Part shown: in pieces, positions 39,689 to 54,754 of the stretch
Numbering within the stretch: the first letter of the stretch is position 1
Layout: each line of letters begins with the position of its first letter
NCBI RefSeq assembly: GCF_008831285.2
Contig: NC_045138.2
Coordinates: 27,404,001 to 27,468,000, forward strand
Length of the DNA: 64,000 nt
Source: Nymphaea colorata
Lineage: Eukaryota
Direction of reading: 5' to 3'
Notes under the pieces: model-generated
Database searches by the model: none
What the model was told of the DNA's origin: nothing
What the model saw: only the letters and a program-made list of their open reading frames with translations
Position numbers and translations under genes: made by a program

Positions 39689-40333
39689 TCACAGGAACCA
39701 GGCGGCGGCGACGGCCATGACGACCAAGGTGGCGGCCTGGATCTTAACTGCCGCAGCGCCGCTGGCGATTTTGTCACTCTCTGGAGCTGGTGAGACTGCC
39801 GATGACGGCCCCAGGTTTGATTCTGGGGGGCTGGGTGGGCTGCTGATCGGCGTTCCAGCAGGTGATGCACCATCGTCGTCGGAAGGTGTTACATCGTCGG
39901 AAGCCGGTCCGGGTGCAGGTGCGGCAGAGGTGGACGATGGGGAGCTCGCAGGTGTGGAGGCGGTGGGGGAGGTGGCGGGGGTGGAGGCGGAAGGTGAAGT
40001 TGCCGGGGACTTGGCAGGAGAGTTTGCGGTAGGGGAGGAAGAAGGTGCAGGGGTAGTGGCGGAAGGTGCAGGAGTGGCGGCAGAAGAATTAGCCGTGCTG
40101 GAAGCAGTAGGAGCAGCTGCAGAAGAATTAGCCGGGCTGGAAGCAGTAGGAGCAGCGGCCTTAGGGGTGGCGCTCGGAGCAGCGGAGGGAGTGGCTGCCG
40201 AGGAGTCAGAGCTTTTATTCTGTGAAGCGGCATGGGCCGGGGCGGAGGCAGGGGTGGCAGCCGGAGCCAAAGCGGAGACGGAGGCCGTCAGAGCTAGGCA
40301 GATGACGGCGAGGGCGGAGAACCGGTATGCCAT
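39689..40333 (-). CDS. Classical arabinogalactan protein with signal peptide and GPI-anchor signal, 214 aa
   Basis: Single exon from ATG 40333 (MAYRFSALAVICLALTASVSA). The body is almost all Pro/Ala/Ser/Thr with AP/SP/TP dipeptides. It ends in a small-residue omega region (ASG) and a hydrophobic tail LVVMAVAAAWFL. Confidence 0.9.
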   Translation of the reverse strand: MAYRFSALAVICLALTASVSALAPAATPASAPAHAASQNKSSDSSAATPSAAPSATPKAAAPTASSPANSSAAAPTASSTANSSAATPAPSATTPAPSSSPTANSPAKSPATSPSASTPATSPTASTPASSPSSTSAAPAPGPASDDVTPSDDDGASPAGTPISSPPSPPESNLGPSSAVSPAPESDKIASGAAAVKIQAATLVVMAVAAAWFL

Positions 40334-40695
40334 TGTTTCTTGTTGGTATGACCTCACCGGAGATAGGAATGTCCGGTAAGAGGGTAACTGGATTCCGGCA
40401 GTCAAGCACCGACCCTGATGGTGGTGGTGGTGGTGGTGGTTGGGTGCAGTGCAGGAGAATGGTGGTGGAAGAAGGGAGATGATACAGGGGTTTTTGAAGA
40501 GGGTGTCCTCCTCGAAGGGTATGGCCGACCGTTGGTGTAACGGTCATCGGTTTGTGGGTAGGGAGACGTCAATAGACCGCTTCAACCGGTCAAGGTGCGC
40601 GTCTTTTGGGGTGTGTGTGAGAGAGGGAGGGGGTCAAAACGATCTCCATTTCTTCTCATAACCCTAATTTAGGATCTTTCAAATATAACCAATGG

Positions 40696-40697
<2 letters not shown>

Positions 40698-40765
<68 letters not shown>
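40698..40765. repeat. Compound (AT)n(AG)n microsatellite upstream of the AGP gene
   Basis: Visible directly. Confidence 0.9.
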
Positions 40766-40768
<3 letters not shown>

Positions 40769-43700
40769 TTTTCCCTTCATTATCAGCACAAGAATGTGTG
40801 TGGATTCCATGAGAATCGAACCATGACCACCAGTTTACAGCAAAACACTTCATTACATAACCTTTGCTGACAGAGAACGCTCATGATATTAAATAAAATC
40901 AGACAACAAATGTCTAAAGTAGCCAAAGATTGATCTCCACAGAATGATCTTATTCCAATAATTAAAGAATCCAGCGGGTACTTCCAAACCTTCCATCTTG
41001 ATGGCTGTAAAGTTTAATAAGATTCTTTGATTGACATGAAGAGATCATTTCAAATCTCCAGAAGCAATGAGGTTATAAAATACTCTAGCATATATCAGAG
41101 AAACATTCAAATGACGTAACTGGTGGAAAAGACAGGCAACTTAAACTCACTGATTCCTGTTTTGTGAGTGAGACAAGCAAGCACGAAACAATCTTAAGAT
41201 GAGAAAAAGAAGATGCAGATGCTTATTTGAGCAGAAAAGCTAGTTTCAAACCTTTCATTAATCAGAAAATAACAAAGAGTTGTAAAATGGGTCCTGCACG
41301 GACCTGCTTTCTGAAGAAAATAACGCCAAACAGGAGTATTTCTCAATACGAAGACCAATCTATAAAAGTTTCCAGGAGAGGAGGAGACAAATCTGCAGTC
41401 CATCTGCCATGATTCAGATATACTGCAATTTAAGTTCGTCGCTTTGTGGACTCTTCATGTTGATGCATCTAAGGAAAAACCACAGCCATGGCATAAACAT
41501 CTCCCTCAAGTTCTAAATAGCTGCAAATGTTATGTCAAATCTAAGCATAGATTGCTCTCTTGCTTTGAACTTCAGACTTGCAGTGAAGTAGTCTCTCAAT
41601 GTATTGAGTCTAACATCACCATTTGTCCAACCAATGCAGATTTGAACATCACGTCACCCCTTTCTACAGATTAATCAAAATAGTGTGGCTTCATATGAAA
41701 TTGCTTTGTGTATCTCCAGAACAGATTGAGCACAGACTATGAAAATGGCAACCGAATGCATATAAATAAGGAAGATCAATGTTAACAGCATGTTGTCATG
41801 AACTCGAAGGCATTTGGCAAACCAAAGAATCTTCCCAAAAAATTCTTCCTATGATATGATGATTGTCGAAATGAATGTGCCTTAAGTTCATCAACACGAT
41901 CAAAGTAGCTCAGTTGCAACAGACCCTGCATTCTTATTGTAAGTGACAAACTGCCATTGGAGCATCGATGACCTCATAATTGATGTTCATAAGGATGAGG
42001 AATATTCATCTTTGAACTAATGCTGTAGATCCTTCATGTCATTCTTCTAGCAGGCCAATGGGGTCCCTATTTCCCGTCATTCAAGCTCGGCACAAAGTTT
42101 TTCATGTCAAGCTGCAGCTAGTTGCTTGTAATAAATAGCTTATAAATGTTTTCTTCATAAGCATCAATGGCTGGTTTCTAGAATTTATAGACCATTCAGA
42201 GTTGCAACTTTCTTTTAGATAATGTTTGGATGACATCCTTAGAAAATGGTGTTTCTCTTATAACTCAGGTGAAAAGATCTTTCTAATAATTTTTAAAAGT
42301 TGGCTTGCATTTTGAGTGACAAGACAAAAAACTTAGCCAATGAGTCAATTAAATACACTTTTCTCTCAAAAATAAAAGGATCTTGTCCATTTTGACCTCC
42401 TAATTACCAGCGTATAAGTATGTAAATATTTCTATTATTGAGTAAGTACAAGGAGTATTTCATGTTACTGTTCAAGAAAAAAGCCGAAGCCCCCCTTTTC
42501 CCAAATATATTCGCAAAGTACTTAAACTTTTTTTTTGGCAATTGTTATCATGTTATATTCAACTGCTATAGCGGTTTGGAATCTACAAATTATAACCATG
42601 CATTTTTTCCTCTTTCTCTCTCTCTCTCTTCTTTTTTTCCTCTCATCATGATGTCTTCTTCTCTCTCTCTCTATCTCTTTCACTTCTTTGATTTTTATAC
42701 TCTAGTGACAGCTGATCATCTCTTTTAATTTAATGCATTCTCAGTTCGTCGTCTCCTTTGCTCTCTCAAATCTCATTGAAATTTCATTAATGCAACCAAA
42801 GGGATGCCAGTGTAGAGAAGCTTTTAATGCTTAAAAATGTAAGCGTAGTCTTTACAAAAGAATTTTGTGGATTGTGGATAGTTAACCATAAAGTGCCAAT
42901 TTTTCATGGAAGGCTATGAAATTTGTTTTCTTTTCTGACTTACAAAAAAGCACATTTAAGTTTTGATTGAATAATAAAAAGTACTCTTTAAATTTTTTTC
43001 ATGATTTCATTGACTTGTTTTCTATGTAATTTAGTCAGCTAACTGAAGAACTTCTTTATATGACCAAACTAAACTCTCAATTTTATTTTTTATGTGAAAA
43101 TTTGGCTGTTTTCTCTCTGAAAATATGCCTTTTTCTAAACTTTAAACAAGAACAGGCTATTTAGCTTATTTTCTACGTAAAAGTGTTGAACTTTATAAGT
43201 TTTCTTCTTCTTTTCATATGCTTTTCCTTTCACCATTTCATTGTTTAAACACTAAATATCAACATTTTAAGACAAATTATGTGGTTAACCTTGTCCCGCT
43301 TGTGCTTCAATGATTATGGTCCTTTAGCAGCTGATAGGAAAAGGAGTTATTTATATTATCTAAAAGTAGATGCCTTATGATAAAGTGGTGCCCAACATAT
43401 TAAAGTGGTAATTAGCACATTCATATTAAACTACTAGTCATCCATTTTGCTCTTTTAAGGCACAAAAGATATTCACCAAGTCACTACTACATTCATATCA
43501 TTCAACATCGTGAGTTCCTTTCTAGAACAGCTACACCCGCATACATACATACATATATACATACATACATATATATACAAGAAATTTGCATGACTTTTTA
43601 AAGTCATCCAGCTATCTAACGAAGACTATTCGACTTAACATGATGAACGGTTAAGAGAAACATGGAAAAAAAATTATAAGTATTTTCATTATCTAATATT

Positions 43701-44280
43701 AATTTATACATTTTTCTCTCAACTATGCATTTGTTCATTCGTTATAATTATTTTTATTTTTTTATAAATATTATCTAATTTATAACTATATTTAGTATTA
43801 TCTAATAACATTATCTCGTACATCAACCAACTTCAAGTGCGACCTCCTCTCTTGAATCTTGATATGAGGCCGAAGGGACGAGCTTTTACACTCGATTCCT
43901 TTTTACACAACTGACCTGCAGAGTGAGGAAGGACCAGGAAACAATAAAATATCCCGAAGTATCCCACTTTCTCGGATAAGTGAACGTAACCGGACTCTCC
44001 ATGTATAAATGGCGGGGAGAGAGAGACTATCGGAGTCATAAATGCCGGGAGCGAGCGAGGGAGGGGGAGAGAAATCAACCGCCTGGAAGAAACGTCCACT
44101 CCCTTTCTCCCATAAATAAGGCTCCCCTGGCCCTTTCGTTCCCTTTGATTTCTGCCCCTTTCTCTTTCCCTTTCTCTCTCTGACCAAAGAAAGAAGGGAA
44201 GGTGAAGAAAGAGAACAAAAGGAAAAAAACAGGAAGGAAGAGGAAGCTGAGAATTCTTTTTTGCCTTGTATTTTTCAGCC

Positions 44281-47200
44281 ATGAATCCCGAATAGTGAGC
44301 TCCTCTTCCCGCCCCTGTCTCTCTCTCTCTCAGATTTGTTTTCATTTTTGGTTTTGGGATTTCTGTGTATAGGAAAAAGAATTGTCTCTCACGCTTCAGC
44401 AATGGCAACTGTTTTTACCCATTTAATTGGCTTTTTGGATTTCTATCCTTCTTTTATTATGATTTTGTTTTGTTGGCAACACATGTACAGTCCCTCTTCT
44501 TTGTTTCAAAAATTTGTACTAGATCTTAATTTTCTTGTCGTTATTTTCGTCGTGAAAATCAGGGTCAATTTCCTTGTTTTTTTTGTTCTTTTTTTTTCAG
44601 GATTTAACGTCGCTTGTCAGTTGTAGGTTTTTTATTTTGTTGAAATTGTCTCCTTGAGGCTGTTTTCCTCATTCCCTTTCTCATTATTCCGATTTTGTTA
44701 AGTGGGTAGCCCATGATTTGGCTTATTTGTCACTTCAGGTGATTATATCATCCGAGATCTGTCCGGCTGATCTGAAGAAAGAAAATTATTTCCGTTTTTC
44801 ACGTGAAAAGCAATAAATTTTTCCGATGAACCCACTGAATTTTTAATTTGGCTGCGACCGTCTTCATGAAAATTCTAGTTTTGCGGCAATTGCTTCAGAG
44901 AAATAGGGGAATCATCGAGGAGAGATCTATTTGTTGAAATGTGAACAACTATAGATGTTAAGCTGGCGCTTCCTTGCTCTTCAGTATGTAACTCTTGTTG
45001 GGTGCAAACTATCCATTGAACCTTTTGCGTACGTTATTTCTAGTTTATTGTGTGTTTATATGTGTTCTTTCGTAACCTGCTTCCTTGATCTTCAGTACGT
45101 AACTGTATCTTGGTTGCAAACGCTCCATTTGAAGCTTTTTGTATGCGTTGTTCGAGTGCATTTTGTTTATCTGTGTTATTTCGTAAACTTCAGTTTACGT
45201 GGAGTTGCTTGTGTGGGGCTCCTTTTTCGCCATCATTGGTGCTTCTCTAAAGCTAACGTTTCACAGTTTACATGGCCTTGGGGCTTTTCCATAGACTGCT
45301 GTCAGTTGGATGTTGTTGAGGTCCCACTTGAGCCTTTTTATAACCTTGGTGTTCTTTTTTCCTCCTGGCAGTGATTATCTTTTCAAGCTTTTGCTTATTG
45401 GAGATTCCGGTGTGGGAAAGTCATGCCTTTTGTTAAGATTTGCGGTAAGGGATTTTCATCCAGCTTTTATCTTCCCCTTAGTGTTTCTTTTAGTCACTTC
45501 ACATGAATTAGGAAATTGCTTGTGTGTTAACGAAGCATTTCTCTTTTATGCGTTATTTCATTATTTCATAATCGAGTTCACTGTGGTTTTCATGATATTT
45601 GGGTTGTTTTCTTTACCTTTTATTGTGGACCATTTTGTAATAAACGGTTGCCAATATCCATTCGACGTGTTGTCAATTATCTGGGAACTATTTCTCTACT
45701 GCGCTACATTTTTTAGCCAGACCATAGTTTTGCTATAGGATCACGTCTATGGTTGAAGCCTATTTAGCTACGTCACAACCTGATAAATCAAAATTTAGAA
45801 GTACAGCTGCACAGTTACTAGCTTTATGCATACATTAGGAAACATGGGATATACATACAATCTGCTGATTTTGATATACCAACAACAAAAGAGTGTGACA
45901 GCAAGAAGACAAAAGGGTCCCTCCCGTTAGGCCTGCTTTAGGGAGACTGTTGAAAATTTTGCTCATAAGTCACGTATATTCTATGTTATTTGTGAGACTG
46001 TGAGTAGAGATGCAATTTGAATGCAAACGGTACAGCAAAGAAACTTCTGAAATGATGTGAATGGTGGTGCAGTTAATTTTTCAACTATGTAGGCATGTCC
46101 AAGATATATAATAGCCTTATAAGCGGTAAGAAGTGATTGATCAAATATATAGTTTAAGTACGCCACTTTGTGAAGCATTATACTGTCCATGTGATCGGAT
46201 CATAAGATGGTTGAGCATACTAAGTTGAGTTTGAAATCTGTTTATTACATACCCAGGACCAAGTACCAATCATAGGCATGGCCTATTGGTATAGTGTACA
46301 CACAACCTAGGTATGGGAGCCTGGTGTGGTAGTGTGACATAGTATATGTGTGCCAATGCAAGGTGAACAATCACTTCTATCATTGGCTAGGTGGGTCAAT
46401 TTAGTGGTTCAGATTGAAGGATGTGAAGGGTTTAATGATGTCTGTCCCTTCGCCAGATTGAAGCATTTGGTTCTCATATGGCAATCAATGATTATGTTTT
46501 CTTTTTTCTAGGTTGTATAGGCAATGGATCTGGGAAAGTATCTAAAAGGAATTATATTTTTGTGGTTCCCAACCTGTTACTTTTCCTTGCACTTTTATTA
46601 TTTACTTATTTCTGTATTGTGTTGCAAATAAAATGTTTTCGAAGTCCCAGTTGAATCTTATACAGAAGGTGGCATAAATTCTTAATGTGATCCATGTTCC
46701 CCATGCAGTTGGAGGTGTGACTCGTTGCGTTTATGCTTCCAATACTGCCCTCTATAACTCAACCTTTATATATCCATAGTTGTAGTTGGAGTTGTGACTC
46801 GTTGCATTTATGCTTCCAATACTGTCCTCTATAACTCAACCTTTATATATCCATAGTCGCTAGGTTGAAAGGACGAATCTTGTTCTCCTACACCTAGGTG
46901 TCGCTCCTGCAAGGAAGCAGTTGGTTTTTTATCAGCCCTTAGCTTCAACGATAGATACACCTTGAAATTTCAAATGGTCCTCTATTTAAAATATTGCTTA
47001 TGATGTGCTATCTCTCTTGCAGTTGTCAATGAAAATCTTACATCTTTTTGCTACAATTTCAATGTTTATGGCCATTGTTCCTCCTATGATAGTTCTTTGT
47101 CAGTTCACGTGGAAGATACCTAAAAAATGGTGCATGACATTGTTACTTTCTTAACAATTTTTTGCCTACTTCTTCAAGTTTTTTGTCTATTGTGTAACTT

Positions 47201-49083
47201 ATTGACTTTCTTGCTATGGACTATGGAGATGTTTTTCACACCCTTCACCATTTATGGATGAGCATGCAGTAGTTGTCAACTCTTCTTCGAGGTTGTCCTG
47301 ATTGAGATGAGTTTAATAAATAAAGAATAGGCTGGAGAATCCCTGCTAATTCATCAAATGATGTTTTATATGAGCTTCGATGATTTGAACTTATCAGTTT
47401 AAAGCAGTAGCCCTGCCAATTCAGTAAATCAGACTATTCAACAATTCAGCTAAATCAGTTGTGAATTGACCAAAAGTATTTAAAACTCATTTGCAAAAAA
47501 TTAAATTGATAAAATGGATAAAAACTAGAAAATAGCTAAAACTTGACAGGTAACACTCTTGAATCAGCCAGACTTGAATTGATGCTGATTTGAGCCGATT
47601 TTGTTAACATTGGTTTACTTTAAAGTACCATCCATCTTTCTTCTCAACATTTGATTGTATGAACTGTTTTTTCCATGTCATTTCTTCTTTCCACTTCTTT
47701 TTGGAACTTTAATTCCAAAACCCATTGTCAACAGAATGACTATGGAACTGCTGTTGAAGTGTTTATTCTTGATGTGAAGTAATCTTTCATATACTAACAA
47801 CTTATACAGAATCAGGCCGTATCTTGCAACTTCCAGCAATCAGTAACTTTGAATTTTTACTCTGATCTAATACCATGTCTTTTCCTAATTGTTTAGGATG
47901 ATACCTATCTGGAGAGTTACATCAGTACCATCGGTGTTGATTTTGTGAGCATCGCTACTTCAGCCATTATTGTTTTGATTCTCATTGTTGGTTGCATTGA
48001 CTATGCTTCTTCTTTTATCCTTTTGCTTCAGAAAATCCGCACTATTGAGCAGGATGGGAAGACAATTAAACTTCAGATTGTATGTATACCTTCAATTTCT
48101 ATCAGATCTGAAATCATTTTCTGTTTTTTCTGCTAATTAAATTGTATGCCTCTTTGTCACAAATGATTAGTGGGATACAGCTGGACAAGAGAGGTTCCGG
48201 ACAATTACAAGTAGTTATTACCGTGGTGCTCATGGCATCATTGTGAGTACCCTATTTGAGTTTCATCTTCAGTAGTTCAGTGTGCTACAGCTGATACCAG
48301 AAATTCTTACTGTGTACAATCAGATTGTATACGATGTTACAGACCAGGAAAGCTTCAACAATGTGAAGCAGTGGCTGAACGAGATTGACCGCTATGCTAG
48401 TGATAATGTGAATAAGCTCTTGGTTGGAAATAAGTGTGACATGACTGCTAAGAAGGTGGTTTCCTATGAAACAGCCAAGGTAATCTTTTTCTCCTGTGAT
48501 TTTTTCTTCCCACTCGATTGTGGGCTTAGTCCAATATGAGCTGTTCTTTCTTCTCTTAAAGGCATTTGCTGATGAGATTGGGATCCCTTTTTTGGAGACA
48601 AGTGCAAAAGATGCTACTAATGTTGAGCAAGCATTCTTGACTATGGCAGCCGAGATAAAAAACAGGTGAGGTTCTCATAGAGCAAGGCTCAGTCTCTCTC
48701 ACATTAGAGTTTGTAAGTATGACTGAAACTTATGTTGTCACATTCACGGGGAAATAAATTCTTACTACATAATTTTCTGGTGCGGTATGCAAAAACATGG
48801 AACTGTGTCGCGACTCTGTAGATTGATTAGTTCTTTTGATGCCTAATGTTTGTAATGTTGCTTACATGTCATCCAGAATGTCGCCTTTGACAATAGTAAT
48901 TTATCCATTCATTCTGTCATTACTCATATTGGCTGTTTGAGTTATCTGAATCCTTGCTTTCTATCTGCCTGTATTCTTTCTCTGCACAGAATGGCCAGCC
49001 AGCCAGCTGCGAATGCAGGCAAACCAGCGACCATCCAAATGCGAGGCCAGCCTGTTGTTCAGAAGAGCGGGTGTTGCTCTTAA
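44281..49083 (+). CDS. RABD2: RabD (Rab1/Ypt1-like) small GTPase, 202 aa
   Basis: Eight exons: 44281-44294, 45372-45444, 47897-47944, 48032-48079, 48171-48242, 48324-48479, 48562-48665, 48990-49083 (609 nt). Motifs [63 protein letters not shown] and a C-terminal CCS prenylation motif. The D2 subclass call is from recalled similarity. Confidence 0.96.
44968..45190. repeat. Diverged about 111-bp tandem duplication in RabD intron 1
   Basis: GCTTCCTTG.TCTTCAGTA.GTAACT...TTTCGTAA.CT starts at 44968 and again at 45079. Confidence 0.8.
46708..46857. repeat. Near-perfect 77-bp tandem duplication in RabD intron 2
   Basis: GTTGGAG.TGTGACTCGTTGC.TTTATGCTTCCAATACTG.CCTCTATAACTCAACCTTTATATATCCATAGT starts at 46708 and 46785. 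Confidence 0.9.
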
Positions 49084-50152
49084 ATGGAATTGGGTGCTTG
49101 AATGTGGCTTCAAAGTGCAGACGGATGCCCTTGTTCCCATGATTCAATTTGTCGTGGGAGCTGGAAGGCCTTTGAGGACTTCCATTGATGGTAGCCACAT
49201 ACTTGTATGGCTTAGCCTGTGACACATTTTTGTGGTCTGTAATTCAGCATACCTTCTTGCGTCGGATTTGAAAACTTTACCGATCAACACAAGAAATGAT
49301 TTAACTGCAGTTAGACTGCATTTTCCTGTCATTATTCCTTGCTACTGTTAAGATGCTGGAGTCTCCTCGTTAATATTTCCTACAGCAACCGCCCACCCTG
49401 CTCTGACAGGCAGTACTTCTGTTCTCTTCCATGAATTTTCCTTTTTAAGCGTCTTTGTCCAGTTTGAGATTGTTCCAACTCAGAGTGTGACTTCAAGAAT
49501 GAAGAATTTGTCGACTATAAAATTGTTGTTGTGGGGAATGAATGCGACCATTAAGATTATGTTGGTGGGTGCAATTTTTAGACAATATCCATTGCTGACA
49601 TATTTAAGTTTCTCGTATATCCTCATGCCTGACCCTTCTTTTGCTACTTTAGCTCTGGGGAGCATCATACAATAACAGTCAGTATCAAAATTCACGGTTT
49701 ATCACCAACAGTTCTCCCGGTGTCGTCATTATTGTTATTTGACGCGTACGTTCTGGCTGGCCAAACTTCTGAATTGGGCCTTATTGCCAATGTGCATAGA
49801 GCAATATTGGCCTAGTTTTTAATTTTCACAAAAAACAAAAATTAATTTATCTTTTAAAGATGTAAAAGAAAATTGAGTTCCGTAAACCATACTCAGGTCG
49901 AGAAATTTTGTTGCCAGGAGGTTGAATTTTAACACAACCCAGTTAATGAACTGAAGAGTTAAGAGTTCAAGTTACATGTTTTGTTTATGCACCTAAAGCA
50001 ACATATATGGTTGATCTCAAACTTTCCCTTTTCTTAATTTTTTATGGATAAAGAAGGAATTGGACATATTGTTGTCAAATTGTGCCCTCTAAAATGCATA
50101 TACTTAGGTCTTAGGTTGTGTTTGTTTCATTCACAGCAGATTTCAGGTCTTA

Positions 50153-50334
50153 GGTTGTGTTTGTTTCATTCACAGCGGATTTCACATCTGTTAGTGATCT
50201 CACATCCATGGATTTAAGATGGCCCCCCTTCCTTTCCCTCCCCCACCCAAACACCCCTTTTAAACTGACGAGCTTTCAAAACACACCTTTTTACGCAGCA
50301 TCGGATATAAGATCCAAGACTATCAAACACAACC
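50153..50334. mobile_element. Tourist-type MITE with a duplicated left end
   Basis: Perfect 11-bp TIR GGTTGTGTTTG / CAAACACAACC and TTA TSD. The 39-bp left junction is duplicated (50106 and 50145). Confidence 0.85.
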
Positions 50335-50915
50335 TTAAGGTATTGAAGTCATCAATTCTTCAACATGAAGGTCTTAAGTTGAACTTTTAGAGAGTGAATA
50401 AGGTTTTATTGTAGTTAAGCTCAGAATTCCTTGCACTTTTTTGCTATGAAAAACTCAAAACAACCCTGTAACCAGGTGTTACCAAGCCCTTATTGGCAAA
50501 AGGTTATGCATCGTTGCTTTCAAAGCATGATAATCGTGTGAAGACTTTAAGTTCGTATGAATGATTTCTTAGGTTCAAAAGAGATTGGTCTTCAAAGTTT
50601 CTCTTTATTAAAAAAGACAGTAGTATGAAAATAATTTGCATCTATCTGAATAGACTCGTGTTAATGAATTGATTACGGAGTACCATTGTCTAAGTGTCTA
50701 ACTATATTTCTTCTGCTATTTGACATTATTCTCATCATTTAGAGGGACATGCAGACGACGAGGTTGTGCACTTCTCACAAGCAAAGCTCTTCATAAATAT
50801 TACTTTTCTAGACTGCAAATGGTAACATGTGTCGCTCAAATGAAAAAGTATATCGTATAACTACCCAAATTCTATAACAGTCTTAAACACTTAGGGCAGA
50901 AAGGAGTGACTTTCC

Positions 50916-51099
50916 TAGGCCTAGACATTGGGTTGGTCCGGCTCGAGCAGGTTTTTTTGGACCCTGGCCCGGGCCGAATCGAGTCGAATACCGGAAAACA
51001 ATTGAATACCAGGCCCGATGTTTTTTTGAGCCCAGGCCCAGGCCGAATCGAGCCGGATACCGAAAAACAATTGGGTACCAGGCCGGATGCCCACCTCTA
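50916..51099. mobile_element. hAT-type MITE (family A derivative) in the RPSA promoter
   Basis: TIRs TAGGCCTAGACATT / GATGCCCACCTCTA. TSD GACTTTCC / CACTTTCC (7/8). Internal tandem duplication of about 69 bp of the right arm. Confidence 0.8.
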
Positions 51100-51261
51100 C
51101 ACTTTCCCTTTCCCTGGTTGCATACCACCAATTCAGCTCTGGGTCGGGTTGGTTTTAGTTGGTTTAAAATCACCAAACCAGTAGGGCATATCCGACCCAG
51201 TTACGCTGGAGTGGCAACTCCGAAATTTTAAGATAATCGAAGAGTACTTTGGAAAGAAAAT

Positions 51262-51282
51262 ACCCTAAACCCATTTAGGGTT
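51262..51282. promoter_or_regulatory. Inverted pair of telo-box-like motifs at the RPSA core promoter
   Basis: ACCCTAAA-CCCA-TTTAGGGT, about 150 bp upstream of the ATG. Telo-boxes are established elements of plant ribosomal-protein promoters. Confidence 0.65.
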
Positions 51283-51425
51283 AAAGGAAGAAGAGAGAGC
51301 AGCCGGAGGCCCTCTTCTTGGATCACCCTCCCTTCCCCGGAGCTCCTAGATCCTCTGTCACTGCCTCTTGCTCCTCTCTCTCTCTCTTTCTTCCTCTCGC
51401 TGTTGTCCTGGTCTGCTCAGCGATA

Positions 51426-54754
<3,329 letters not shown>

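Noticed and set aside
39648..40379. 243-aa Ala/Gly/Glu-rich plus-strand ORF
   Set aside because: Antisense mirror of the AGP; the minus strand has the signal peptide and GPI signal.
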